From Myxococcota bacterium (lineage in GTDB: Bacteria > Myxococcota_A > UBA9160 > PR03), in NCBI GenBank assembly GCA_041611735.1, contig JBFIML010000045.1, positions 1-31,168 on the forward strand: a stretch of 31,168 nucleotides of DNA, read 5' to 3'. A program made the position numbers and the translations under genes. The notes beneath the pieces were generated by a model. The model saw only the letters and a program-made list of their open reading frames with translations, had not been told where the DNA came from and did not search any database. Below, piece after piece: positions 8,315-19,618 of this stretch. Numbering within the stretch: the stretch's first letter is position 1; the number at the start of each line of letters is the position of its first letter.

Positions 8315-10273
8315 GTGGCGGGCCGCCGAGCGCTCACGCCGCCGCTCCTCGCCGTCCTCGTGGCGGCGGGGGTGTCGGTCCTCCTGGAGGCCCTCTACTA
8401 CCCGATCCTCGTGACGGAGCGCTCGCCCGGCTACCTGGTGCTGTGCGCCGCGTTCACCCTGGCGGCGGCGCTCCTGCTGGTTGCCGTGGCGGTCCTCGCC
8501 CCGCTACGCGCCCGGCTCGCCCTGGCCCTGTGGGCCGCCCTGCACGGCTTCCTGGTGCTCCACTTCGCGGCCGGCCTCAGCTTCGGGCTGACCAGCTACG
8601 CGCTGCTCTCCCTCGGCCCGGATCCCGACCGCCGCGCGCTCGCTCGGGCGCTTCCCGTGGTCGGGGCCCTGTGGATCGCGCTGGTCTTCTGGCCGTGGAC
8701 GGCGGCTGTGCTCCCGCCTCCGTCCGCGTCCCTGCTGCGGGACGTGCTCCTGCCGACCCTCGTGTACGGCGCCAGCCTGGGCGTCCTGCTCGCCCTGGCT
8801 CCCCTGCGCCGCTCGCTGCGCTTCGTCCCACCTCCAGGCCTGGCGACGCTCGGGATCCTGGCCGCGCTCTTCGCCTGCGTCTTCGCATCCATGCGCGCGC
8901 ACCCGGACCGCAACGTCCCGGTCTATGCCCGGGCGGCGCCGGCGGGGGAGCACGCCTCGATCCTCGTGCTGATCCTCGACACGGTCGGGGCGCAGCACAC
9001 CTCGCTCTACGGCTATGCACGCGAGACCACGCCGCGGCTGCGGGCGTTCCTCGAGCGCAGCGAGGGCGCCGTGCTCTACTCCTTCGCCCACTCGCCGGCC
9101 ACCTGGACCTATCCCGCCCACGCCTCGCTGTTCGCCGGCACGCTGCCTTCCAGCCACGGGGTCCACGAGGGCACCATGTTCGCCGGGGGAAGCCTGCGCA
9201 TGCAGGCGCTGCGGGCGGATCAAACCCTCGCCGAACGGCTCCGCGAGCACGGCTACCGGACCGCCCTGATCCTGGCCAACGGCGCCCTCGCGGAGATGCC
9301 GGGGGTCGGCCGCGGCTTCGACTGGAACAACCCGCCGCTGGCCTCGCGCGGCGTCCTGCTGGTGGGAGAGCAGCTGCGGCGCCGCATCACGCCGGAGTGG
9401 TACCTGAAGCAGGCCCACTGGATTCCGCAGGCGCGCACCATCAACGACCGCATCCTGCGCTTCCTCGACGCCTGCGAGCCGGCTCCCTGCTTCGTGGTGG
9501 CGAACTACATGGAGGCCCACGCCCCCTATCGCGCCGAGGCTCCCCACGCCGGGGTGTTCGCGCGCAACCGCGTCGACGAGCTCGGCCCGGCGAAGCTGGG
9601 CCAGTCCCGGGCCACACTGGAGGGGCTCGTGGACCGCTACGACGAGGAGATCCTCGCCCTGGACGCGGCCCTGGGCGAGCTCCTCGAGGCCCTGGAGCGG
9701 CGCGGCACGCTGGATCGCTCCTGGCTCGTGATCACGTCCGACCACGGCGAGGCCTTCGGCGAGCACGGGGTGACGGAGCACGGCACCACCGTCTACGGCG
9801 AGGTGACCCACGTGCCGCTCCTGATCCGTCCGCCGCGGGGGGAGCGCCTGCCCCCGGAGTCCGGAGCCGTGAGCCTGCTCGACGTGACGGCCACGGTGGC
9901 GGCGGTGGCCACGGGCAGTCCCTTCGGCGTGGGGCGCGACCTGCGCCAGCCGGAGGACGGCCCGGCGCCGGTCCAGATCGAGTTCTTCGGGCAGCCGCGC
10001 AAGGTGGAGGAGTTCGGCGCCCTGGCCGGGGAGCCGGCGCGCGCCGTGGTGCACGGCAGCGTCAAGCTGATCGAGCACGCCGGCCGCCTCGAGCTGTATC
10101 GCCTGGACCAGGATGCCGCCGAGCGGAACGACCGCTTCGGCGTCGAGCCGGGGTTGGCAGAGCCGCTCCGTGCGCAGCTTCCCACGCTGGCGGCACCGGG
10201 CGGCTTCGAGGACGCCGCCCCGCTCACACCCCAGGCGGAGCAGGCGCTGCGCGCGCTCGGCTACGTCCAGTGA
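8315..10273 (+). CDS. Membrane-anchored sulfatase-like (alkaline phosphatase superfamily) protein, Thr nucleophile
   Basis: Several N-terminal TM helices, then ILVLILDT, SPATWTYPAHASLFAG, NYMEAHAPY, ITSDHGE and C-terminal LRALGY. GTG 8315 chosen because the longer ORF overlaps the GT87 gene. Confidence 0.82.
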   Translation: MAGRRALTPPLLAVLVAAGVSVLLEALYYPILVTERSPGYLVLCAAFTLAAALLLVAVAVLAPLRARLALALWAALHGFLVLHFAAGLSFGLTSYALLSLGPDPDRRALARALPVVGALWIALVFWPWTAAVLPPPSASLLRDVLLPTLVYGASLGVLLALAPLRRSLRFVPPPGLATLGILAALFACVFASMRAHPDRNVPVYARAAPAGEHASILVLILDTVGAQHTSLYGYARETTPRLRAFLERSEGAVLYSFAHSPATWTYPAHASLFAGTLPSSHGVHEGTMFAGGSLRMQALRADQTLAERLREHGYRTALILANGALAEMPGVGRGFDWNNPPLASRGVLLVGEQLRRRITPEWYLKQAHWIPQARTINDRILRFLDACEPAPCFVVANYMEAHAPYRAEAPHAGVFARNRVDELGPAKLGQSRATLEGLVDRYDEEILALDAALGELLEALERRGTLDRSWLVITSDHGEAFGEHGVTEHGTTVYGEVTHVPLLIRPPRGERLPPESGAVSLLDVTATVAAVATGSPFGVGRDLRQPEDGPAPVQIEFFGQPRKVEEFGALAGEPARAVVHGSVKLIEHAGRLELYRLDQDAAERNDRFGVEPGLAEPLRAQLPTLAAPGGFEDAAPLTPQAEQALRALGYVQ

Positions 10274-10286
10274 GAGTCGCGGATCC

Positions 10287-12134
10287 CTACTCCACGTAGC
10301 CGAGCGAGCGGAGCTGCTCGATCTCCTCGGGCGTGAAGGCGCCCTCGTCGACCGGCGCTCCCCCGTTCCCCATGGCATCGCCCCAGGCCTGGAGCGCCTG
10401 TTCCAGCCGCTGGCGCGGCTCCGGGTGGCTGGCGGCCAGGTTCACGCGCTCGCCCGGGTCCTGGTCGAGGCGGTAGAGCTCGACCCGGCCCGAGTCCAGG
10501 TCCCGGATCAGCTTCCAGGCGTCTTCGTAGACGGCGCGCAGGTTCGCCCAACGCCGGGTCTCCGCCACCACCAGGCGCGAGGCGGCGCGCTCGGGATCGA
10601 GCGCTACGCCATCCAGCGCGTAGCCTCCCGGGAAGGCGAGGCCGAGCAGGGCCAGCACCGTCGGCGCCACGTCGACGAGACTCACCCGCGCGTCCACCCG
10701 CGTGCCGGCGCCCCGGCCTCCGGGCAGCTTCAGGATCAGCGGCACCCGGAGCTGCTCCTCGTAGAGCGTGCGGGTGTGCCCGATCCAGTGGTCGCCGCGC
10801 TCCAGGAACTCCTCGCCGTGGTCGGCCAGGAATACGATCAGCGCATCCTCGTAGAGGCCGAGCTCGCGCAAGCGCTCGAACACCGCCCCCAGGTGGCGGT
10901 CCGTGAAGCGGATCTCGGAGTCGTAGAGCGCCCGCAGGTAGCGCGCATCGCCCTCGCCGAGCTGCGGCGCCTGGGCGCGCAGCTCGACGATCGGCATCCC
11001 GTCGTGGAGCCGCCCCGCATAGTCCGGGTAGTCGTCGGGTGGGTGCAGCCGGTAGGCATAGTGGGGATCGAAGTAGTGCAGGAAGAGGAAGAACGGCTGC
11101 CGGGCGTGCCCGTCCAGGAAGGCGAGCGCCTTGGCGGTGACCGAGGCGGAGGACACGTGCAGGTGGCCCTGGGCGTTGTCCTCGTCGAAGCCGTCGAAGC
11201 CCTGCTCGAAGCCGACCGCACTCGAGGCGAACAGGTTCGACACGATCGCATGGGTCCGGTAGTTGCGGGCACGCAGCAGCTCCGTCAGCAGGACCATATC
11301 GGGCGGCAGGCGCAGCGGCCGGTCCACGAAGCCCAGACGGGTCGGGTGCCGTCCGCTCAGCACGGAGGCGAGGGACGGGGTGGTCCAGGGCGCCGGGCTC
11401 TGGGCATTGCGGAACACGACGCCGTCCGCCGCCAGGGCGTCGATGTGGGGCGAGACGTCGCGGGAGTAGCCGTAGACGCCCAGGTGGTCGGCCCGCAGGG
11501 TGTCGACGACGATCAGGACGAGGTTCGGGCCCGCCGGGGGAGCGAGGTGGCGGTCCAGGGCGACGCCGGCGGTCAGGGCGAGCGTCGCGAGGCCCGCGGC
11601 CAGGGCCGGCCCCGGCGCCCCCAGCCGGGCGAGGCCCCGCCGCGCCCGCGCCGGGAGCGTCGGGGTGCGGGGACGCCAGCGGGAGACCAGCGCCCGGAGA
11701 CCTACCGCGGCCACCACCAGCAGCGCCGCCCAGGTGGTTTCCAGGCGAGCCGCCCCGGACAGGGTGCGCCAGAGGGGCTGCTCCTCGCTGGCCAGGTACA
11801 GATCGTCCAGGACCGGCCCGGCCAGCCGGGAGCAGAGGGGCAGCAGCAGCGCCACCCCGAGCGCCAGCAGCCCGAGCCGCCGCCAGGCGGGCCCGGCGTC
11901 CCGCTGCGCCGCCACGAAGCGCGCCACCAGGGCCACTCCCAGCAGGAGGAGGGCGCAGCCGAGCATGGCTGCGCCGAGGCTGCGGGGCAGGGCGACCACG
12001 GCGAGCCGCCCGAGGCCGTGCTCCAGGTGCCCCTGCCGGGCCACCTCGGCCAGCCCGCGGCCCAGCCCGAGAAGGAACCCGAGGTTGACGGCAGCCAGGG
12101 CGAGCGCTCGAAGGGGCGTCGCGGGTCGCGTCAT
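10287..12134 (-). CDS. Membrane-anchored sulfatase-like protein, Thr nucleophile
   Basis: N-terminal TM region; PNLVLIVVDTLRADHLG, SPAPWTTPSLASVLSG, LHYFDPH, LADHGEEF and C-terminal LRSLGY. ATG 12134 is the likely start. Confidence 0.85.
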   Translation of the reverse strand: MTRPATPLRALALAAVNLGFLLGLGRGLAEVARQGHLEHGLGRLAVVALPRSLGAAMLGCALLLLGVALVARFVAAQRDAGPAWRRLGLLALGVALLLPLCSRLAGPVLDDLYLASEEQPLWRTLSGAARLETTWAALLVVAAVGLRALVSRWRPRTPTLPARARRGLARLGAPGPALAAGLATLALTAGVALDRHLAPPAGPNLVLIVVDTLRADHLGVYGYSRDVSPHIDALAADGVVFRNAQSPAPWTTPSLASVLSGRHPTRLGFVDRPLRLPPDMVLLTELLRARNYRTHAIVSNLFASSAVGFEQGFDGFDEDNAQGHLHVSSASVTAKALAFLDGHARQPFFLFLHYFDPHYAYRLHPPDDYPDYAGRLHDGMPIVELRAQAPQLGEGDARYLRALYDSEIRFTDRHLGAVFERLRELGLYEDALIVFLADHGEEFLERGDHWIGHTRTLYEEQLRVPLILKLPGGRGAGTRVDARVSLVDVAPTVLALLGLAFPGGYALDGVALDPERAASRLVVAETRRWANLRAVYEDAWKLIRDLDSGRVELYRLDQDPGERVNLAASHPEPRQRLEQALQAWGDAMGNGGAPVDEGAFTPEEIEQLRSLGYVE

Positions 12135-12268
12135 GGGGAGTCGAGCGGGCCAGCCAGCATGCCCAGCCGGAGAGAACGGGCACCTGCTTGCTGCCCGCGG
12201 GGATCCGCGCTGAGGTATGCTCTCGCCGTGGCGCACCCCTCCACCTGCGCCGGAGCCGTGGGGAATCC

Positions 12269-12969
12269 ATGCAGCCGATCCTGATCATCGAGGATGATCA
12301 GCCGCTCTGCCAGATGCTCTCTAAGTACCTGGAGGGCCGCGGCTTCGAAGTCACCGCGGCCGCCAGCGCCGGGGAGGGGCTGGCCGCGCTCGAGCGGCGC
12401 GTCTTCGACGCAGTGATCCTCGACCTGATGCTGCCGGACCTGGACGGCTTCGAGGTGTGCCGGCGCATCCGCGCCTCGTCGCAGGTCCCCATCGTGATCC
12501 TGACGGCACGCGGCGACGAGGAGGACCGCATCGTCGGCCTGGAGCTCGGGGCGGACGACTACCTGCCGAAGCCCTTCAACCCGCGTGAGCTGCTGGCGCG
12601 CATCCGCGCCGTGCTGCGCCGCGGAACAGCCTCTCCCGAGCAGCGGCGACCGGTGCTGCGCTTCGGCCGGCTCGAGATCGATCCGGACGCCCGCCAGGCT
12701 CGCCTCGATGGCCGGCCCTGCGCGCTCACCAGCTATCAGTTCGAGCTGCTCCGCGTGCTCGCCGACAACGCGGGGCGTCCCCTGTCCCGCGAGGAGCTCA
12801 TGTCCCTGGCCCGAGCGGACGGCTCCCCGGCGGTGGAGCGCAGCATCGACGTCCACATGTCGCGGATCCGCGCCAGCATCGAGGACGATCCCCGCGACCC
12901 GCGCCGCATCCTGACGGTGCGGGGCGTCGGGTACGTCCTGACGCGTGCACCGGAGGACGGGGGCGCGGG

Positions 12970-12973
<4 letters not shown>
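12269..12973 (+). CDS. OmpR/PhoB-family response regulator
   Basis: IIEDD, ILDLMLP (phospho-Asp), LTA, GADDYLPKPF; winged-helix RSIDVHMSRIR...TVRGVGY. Confidence 0.93.
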
Positions 12974-14331
<1,358 letters not shown>

Positions 14332-15575
14332 CGGGATCAGCAGCGGACCGCCGTCCTGGGGCCAGTCGAGGGGGGGGGTCTGGAGCCGGCCCGGCGCGCA
14401 CACCCGGGAGGCCCCGAGCTCGATGAGCCGGCGCGCCACGGCGCCGGTCCGGTCGCCCCAGCCGGCCAGGGCCACGCCCGCCAGGTGGGCCGCCAGCGGG
14501 GCGAGCGCCCGGTCCAGCTCGCCGGCGTCCGCCAGCGGGTGGACGCGCAGGAAGCGTTCCAGCGGCGCCGGGCGCCAGGCGGCGTCGGCCTCGCGCACCA
14601 CCGTCCAGCCCGGGGCGGCGTGCACCGACACGCTCCGCCCCGCCGCCGCCCGCATCTCCGCCTCAGCCCGCTCGCGCGCACCGGCCGCGGCGACGGTCAC
14701 CTCCACGCGCCCGCGTGGCCAACGCGCCTCGGCCCGGGCGAGGGCTCCCGCCAGGGCCTCGGCCACCCGGTCCGGGGCCTGGTCGCCCCCGGCCACGTAC
14801 ACCGCCAGGGGCGAGAGGCAGCCGAGCTGATCCCAGAGCGCCACGTCCAGGGCCAGCCCCTCCGCGGCCCGGGCCAGGGCGCTCCCGGTGCTCGCCTCGG
14901 GGCCGAGCACCGCCACCGAGAGGCGGTGCCCGTGCGCCACGAGTCGCCGGGGCGGCCGCACCCGCGCCGCCACCTCGGCCACGGTGGCGTCGGCGCCCGT
15001 GGCCACCACGCAGTCGGCGGCGAGGACGGCGTCCATGCCGGCCCGGTCGTCGCCGGCCACGTCCACGACCGTCAGGCAGGCGCCGAGCTCCGGGTCCGCC
15101 TCGGCCAGGGATCGCGCCACGGCGCGCGCCGTCAGCCGATCGTGGCGGGAGGTCTTGGCGAGGACGGGCGAGCGCAGCACGAGGGGCAGCAGGAGGGTCG
15201 GGAAGACCGGCGTCGGGAGCGCGCCGGCCAGCACCACGGCGGTGGTCTCGTACCCAGCCAGCACGCGCGGGCCGCTGGCATCCAGGAGCTCGATCCCGCC
15301 GAGCTCGCGGTCCACCAGGCGTCGCAGGGAGTCGCCGGAATAGGGCGCCAGGCCCCGAGCCAGCCCCTCCCGCACGGTCGCCTGGGCAAAGCCGCTGGCT
15401 GCAGGCAGCTCCCGGGCCAGGGCGTCGCGCAGCGGCGAGCTGGGCGCACTCCAGGCGTCGAGCACCCGCGCCAGGACGTCGAGGGTCTCCCGGGCCGGGC
15501 GCCGGCGCAGGCGCCGCCCCGCCGCGCGCAGGCGCGTGAGCGCCGCGGCGATCCCGTCCGCTGCCGCCTCGCCGC

Positions 15576-16679
15576 TCAGGGCTCCGTCTCGCCGAGCATG
15601 GCGTCCGCCGCCATCGAGCAGCCGCGCGCCTCGGCCCCGGGTGCGCGGCCCAGCACCTCGAAGCCGTCCTCCACCCGACGTCCCAGGTCGGCAGTCTGGA
15701 GCGCGAGCACGCTCCCGGTGTTGGCGAGGTCCACGACGACGACGATCCCCACCTCTCCGGGACGGGCGTCCTCGCCGCTCTGCGGGTCCACGATGCGCAC
15801 CCGGGTCCAGGGCGGGCCGAGCTTGCGGCGCGGCGCGCCGGGCTCGCACAGCGAAGAGTCGTAGAACTGGCTGCCGAGCTCCGTCATGCCGTACTGGTTC
15901 ACGACGTGGGTGGGCGGCACGCCAAGGCGCTCGCCGAGTGCGGCGCGGAGCGCCTCGCGCCCGAGCTCGCGCGAGCGGCCCTTGAAGCCCCCGGTCTCCA
16001 TCACCCGGGAGCCGGCGGGGAGCCTCCAGACCAGCCGCTGCTCCTGCAGGGCATCGAGCAGGTGCACGAAGCCGAAGGCCGTGCCGGCCAGCAGCAGCGG
16101 CGTGTCGCGGGCCACCGTCTGCTCGAGGACGTCGAGCAGCGGCTCGACGCGCAGCCGCCCGCCCTTCACGTCGAAGCCGCTGCCCGGGGCCCCGAGCTTG
16201 CGCACCACGCAGCCGAGCATGTGGGAGAGCGAGGAGTCGGGCACCTCTTCGGGCGGGGGCGCCAGCACGCGGATGGGAAGGCGCGCCGCGTCCGGAAGCA
16301 GGAAGCGACGGAAGCTCGGGAGGAGCGAGGCCTCGTAGAGTTCCAGGGTGTCCAGGTGCAGCGCCCCGCGCCGCTCGGTGGCCGTGCCGCTGGTGCGGAA
16401 GGTCTTCAGCGTACGCTCGGCCGGGAAGCAGCGCAGCTCCACCTCCTTGAAGGCGCCGGTCGGAACCGGCGGGAGCTCGCGCCAGCTCGTCACCCGGTCG
16501 GGCGTACGCCCCCGGGCCCGGCAGAAGCGCGCATAGGGCGTGCAGTGCTCGAGCTGCCAGGCGAACAGCGCCCGGGCGAGGGTATCGAAGCGGGCCTCGT
16601 CCCGGTGCCAGGCTGGGTCCCGCATCCAGGCGAGGATGCGCGCCTCCAGGTCGGCCCGCTCCGCGTCGGGCCGGCTCAT
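15576..16679 (-). CDS. LuxE-like acyl-protein synthetase
   Basis: FRTSGT adenylation loop, METGGFKGR, NQYGMTELGSQFY, LQTADLG, GR and C-terminal acyl-acceptor RGCS; ATGA overlap with the upstream gene. Confidence 0.88.
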   Translation of the reverse strand: MSRPDAERADLEARILAWMRDPAWHRDEARFDTLARALFAWQLEHCTPYARFCRARGRTPDRVTSWRELPPVPTGAFKEVELRCFPAERTLKTFRTSGTATERRGALHLDTLELYEASLLPSFRRFLLPDAARLPIRVLAPPPEEVPDSSLSHMLGCVVRKLGAPGSGFDVKGGRLRVEPLLDVLEQTVARDTPLLLAGTAFGFVHLLDALQEQRLVWRLPAGSRVMETGGFKGRSRELGREALRAALGERLGVPPTHVVNQYGMTELGSQFYDSSLCEPGAPRRKLGPPWTRVRIVDPQSGEDARPGEVGIVVVVDLANTGSVLALQTADLGRRVEDGFEVLGRAPGAEARGCSMAADAMLGETEP

Positions 16680-17953
16680 GCCAGCGTCTCCACGAGGCGG
16701 TCGAGACCGAGGCGCAAGGCTTCGCGATCGATCGTGAGGGGCGGTGTGACGCACAGCACGCGCCCGTCGTCCCCCGACGGCAGCAGGATCACGCCGCGCC
16801 GGAGGGCGTCGGCGCAAGCGCGGGCCGCCCGCTCCGGGCCGTCACACTCGATCCCGATCATGAGGCCGAGGCCGCGCACCTCGTGGACGCCCTTCCGGGA
16901 CGCCAGATGCGCCCGCAGGTGGGCGAGGGCGAAGGCACCGAGCTCTGCGGAGCGTTCCACCAGCTTCTCCTCCGCCAGCACCGCGAGGCAGGCCAGGGCC
17001 GCCGCGCAGCTCGGCGGGTGCCCGAGGAAGGTCTGGGTGTGGAGCGCCTCGCCTCGGGAGATCGGCCAGGCGTCCATCGTCTCGGCCCGGCCCAGGCAGG
17101 CGGAGAGCGGCATGCCCGAGGCCAGGCCCTTGCCGACGCAGAGGAGGTCGGGCACCACGCCCGCGTGCTCGCACGCGAACCAGCGCCCCGTGCGTCCGAA
17201 GCCCGTGTAGATCTCGTCGAGGACGAGGAGCCACCCCTCCCGGTCGCAGAGCGCGCGCAACGCGGCCAGGAATCCGTCCGGCGGGATGCGGACTCCTCCC
17301 CGGCCCTGCACCGGCTCGACCAGCACTGCACCCACCGGGAGCGGCGACGCGCCCGCCGCGCGACGCACGTCCTCGGCGTCGCCGTAGCGCGCGAAGACCG
17401 TGGCGCCGGGCAGGCGTGCGGCGAAGGGCTGCCGGAAGTCGCGGCGCCAGGTGGCGTCCAGGGCGCCCAGGGCGAGCCCGTGGTAGGCCCCCTCGAAGGC
17501 CACGACCCCCGGGCGTCCGCTGGCCAAGAGCGCCGTCTTGAGCGCCGCCTCCACCGCGTCCGCCCCGGACGATCCGAGCACGGCACGCGCCGGGCCCCCG
17601 CCCGGGAAGCGTGCCGCGAGGGCCTCGAGGAGCGCCACCTTCGCGGCCGGCGGGTGCACGTCGCCCATGGCGTGCAGCAGCCGCTCGGCCGCCTCCTGCA
17701 CGGCGGCCACCACGCGTGGATGGGCGTGGCCCACGTTCGCCACGCCGAAGGCGCCGCCCAGGTCGAGGAAGCGGTTGCCGTCCACGTCCCACACGTTCGT
17801 CCCGCACGCGCGCTCCCAGAAGACGGGCGGCGTGGGGGCTAGGCACGTCACGTTGCGGCTCTCGACCTGACGCAGGCGCGCGGCCAGGGCGCGCGAGCGC
17901 GGCCCGGGAAGCTCCGTCACGAGCTCGGGAGGCAGGCAGGGGAGGGCCGACAC
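16676..17953 (-). CDS. Class-III (PLP) aminotransferase
   Basis: WDVDGNRFLD, GHAHP, SGADAVEAALK, AYHG, EPVQGRGG, DEIYTGFGRTG, GKGLASG (PLP Lys), TFLGHP; GTG 17953. Confidence 0.9.
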   Translation of the reverse strand: MSALPCLPPELVTELPGPRSRALAARLRQVESRNVTCLAPTPPVFWERACGTNVWDVDGNRFLDLGGAFGVANVGHAHPRVVAAVQEAAERLLHAMGDVHPPAAKVALLEALAARFPGGGPARAVLGSSGADAVEAALKTALLASGRPGVVAFEGAYHGLALGALDATWRRDFRQPFAARLPGATVFARYGDAEDVRRAAGASPLPVGAVLVEPVQGRGGVRIPPDGFLAALRALCDREGWLLVLDEIYTGFGRTGRWFACEHAGVVPDLLCVGKGLASGMPLSACLGRAETMDAWPISRGEALHTQTFLGHPPSCAAALACLAVLAEEKLVERSAELGAFALAHLRAHLASRKGVHEVRGLGLMIGIECDGPERAARACADALRRGVILLPSGDDGRVLCVTPPLTIDREALRLGLDRLVETLA

Positions 17954-18026
17954 GCGACGATTGTAGCCGCGCAACGCCACGTCGCGCGCGGGGCAGGGCG
18001 TTCCGCCGCGCTGTACACTCGCTTTC
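17954..18026. promoter_or_regulatory. Back-to-back putative leaderless promoters
   Basis: TACAAT (minus, 17965-17960) lies 6 nt before GTG 17953 and TACACT (plus, 18014-18019) lies 7 nt before GTG 18027; no SD for either gene. Confidence 0.55.
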
Positions 18027-19070
18027 GTGGCCGCTGGGAGCGCGCTGGACGACCCCCGCGACCGCGCGGCGCGAGCCCGCGCGGGGCTCGTCTCCCTGGT
18101 GGCCGGCACTGCGATCTTCGCCGGCAAGCTCGTGGCCTGGTACATCACCGGATCGAGCGCCGTCCTGTCGGACGCCCTGGAATCGGTGGTGAACGTGGCG
18201 GCGGCGGCGCTCCTGGTCTGGAGCCTGCGGCTCGCTGCCCGTCCGGCGGATCGCAACCACCCCTACGGTCACGGCAAGGTCGAGTTCTTCTCGGCGGGCG
18301 TGGAGGGCACGCTGATCGCCCTGGCCGCCACGCTGATCCTGATCGAGGCGCTGCGCCAGCTGGCGGTGGGACCCGAGCTGCGGCGCCTCGAGGGCGGAAT
18401 CCTGCTGGTCAGCCTGGCGGCCGCCGCCAACGCCGCCCTGGGTCTCTACCTGGTGCGCGTCGGGCGCCGCACCCACTCGCTGGCCCTGGTGGCCGACGGC
18501 CGCCACATCCTGACCGACGTGGCGACCAGCGTCGGCGTGATCCTGGCCCTGGCCGCCGTCTGGCTCACGGGTTGGGTCCTGCTCGATCCGCTGATCGCCA
18601 TTCTCGTGGCGCTCAACATCCTGTACACCGGCTGGCGGCTGGTGCGTCAGGCGGTGGCGGGCCTGATGGACGAGGCGGACGAGGTCCTGCTGGGCCGCGT
18701 GGCCGCGGAGCTCGAGGAGTGCCGGGCGCCCTGGTGGATCGACGTGCACAGCCTGCGGGCCTGGCGCTCGGGGGCCGTCTGGCACGCGGACCTCCATCTG
18801 GTGGTGCCGCGCTACTTCGACGCCGACCGGCTGCACGGCATCCACCACGGCGTGGCCCGGGCCATCCACGGCGCCTCGGGCATGCCCGGCGACACGATCG
18901 TCCACTTCGATCCCTGCCGCCCGCGCCACTGCCCGAGCTGCGCGATGCCCGATTGCCCGGTGCGCTCGGCGCCGGTCGCGCGCCGCCTTCCCATCTCCCT
19001 GGAGCGCGCCACGCGCGGCGACGAGAGCCTGGAAACGGGCATTCCGCTGGCGCCGGAGGCGGCGCGATGA
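18027..19070 (+). CDS. Cation diffusion facilitator (FieF-like) transporter with Cys-rich tail
   Basis: SSAVLSDALESVVN, RPADRNHPYGHGKVEF, ADGRHILTD, LDP and a C-terminal dimerisation domain ending HFDPC... Confidence 0.9.
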   Translation: MAAGSALDDPRDRAARARAGLVSLVAGTAIFAGKLVAWYITGSSAVLSDALESVVNVAAAALLVWSLRLAARPADRNHPYGHGKVEFFSAGVEGTLIALAATLILIEALRQLAVGPELRRLEGGILLVSLAAAANAALGLYLVRVGRRTHSLALVADGRHILTDVATSVGVILALAAVWLTGWVLLDPLIAILVALNILYTGWRLVRQAVAGLMDEADEVLLGRVAAELEECRAPWWIDVHSLRAWRSGAVWHADLHLVVPRYFDADRLHGIHHGVARAIHGASGMPGDTIVHFDPCRPRHCPSCAMPDCPVRSAPVARRLPISLERATRGDESLETGIPLAPEAAR

Positions 19071-19618
19071 GCCGCCCGACGGGGCCCCACCCCCGAGGCC
19101 CTGCCGAGGTCTACGTGGGCCTCGGCTCGAACCTGGGCGACCGGGTGGCGCGGCTGCGGGAAGCGCTGCGGGCGCTCGGCGCCCTGCCGAAGACGGAGCT
19201 CGTGGCCGTCTCGCCCCTCTACGAGACGTCGCCGGTGGGCGGGCCGCCCCAGGGCGCCTTCCTCAACGCGGTGGCGCAGCTGCGCACGGAGCTCCCGCCC
19301 CGGCGGCTGCTCCAGGAGCTCCTTGCCCTCGAAGTGCGAGCGGGCCGCGTGCGGGGTGCCGAGCGCAACGCTCCCCGGCCCCTGGATCTGGACCTCCTGC
19401 TCTACGGCGACCTGCGTCTGGAGGAGCCCGGCCTGGTGGTGCCGCACCCGCGCCTCGCCGAGCGGGCCTTCGTGCTCGAGCCGCTCTGCGAGCTCGCGCC
19501 GGAGCTCGTGCACCCGAGCCTCGGCGAACCCATCGCCGGGCTTGCCGCGCGCTGCCGCGATCCGGCGGCGGTGCGGCTCTGGCGCGAAGAGGAGGGCGCA
19601 TGGCGATCGTCGCCGTGA
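19067..19618 (+). CDS. folK: 2-amino-4-hydroxy-6-hydroxymethyldihydropteridine diphosphokinase
   Basis: YVGLGSNLGD, SPLYET, FLNAV, PRPLDLDLLLY, VPHPRLAERAFVLEPL; ATGA overlap with the CDF stop. Confidence 0.95.
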   Translation: MSRPTGPHPRGPAEVYVGLGSNLGDRVARLREALRALGALPKTELVAVSPLYETSPVGGPPQGAFLNAVAQLRTELPPRRLLQELLALEVRAGRVRGAERNAPRPLDLDLLLYGDLRLEEPGLVVPHPRLAERAFVLEPLCELAPELVHPSLGEPIAGLAARCRDPAAVRLWREEEGAWRSSP

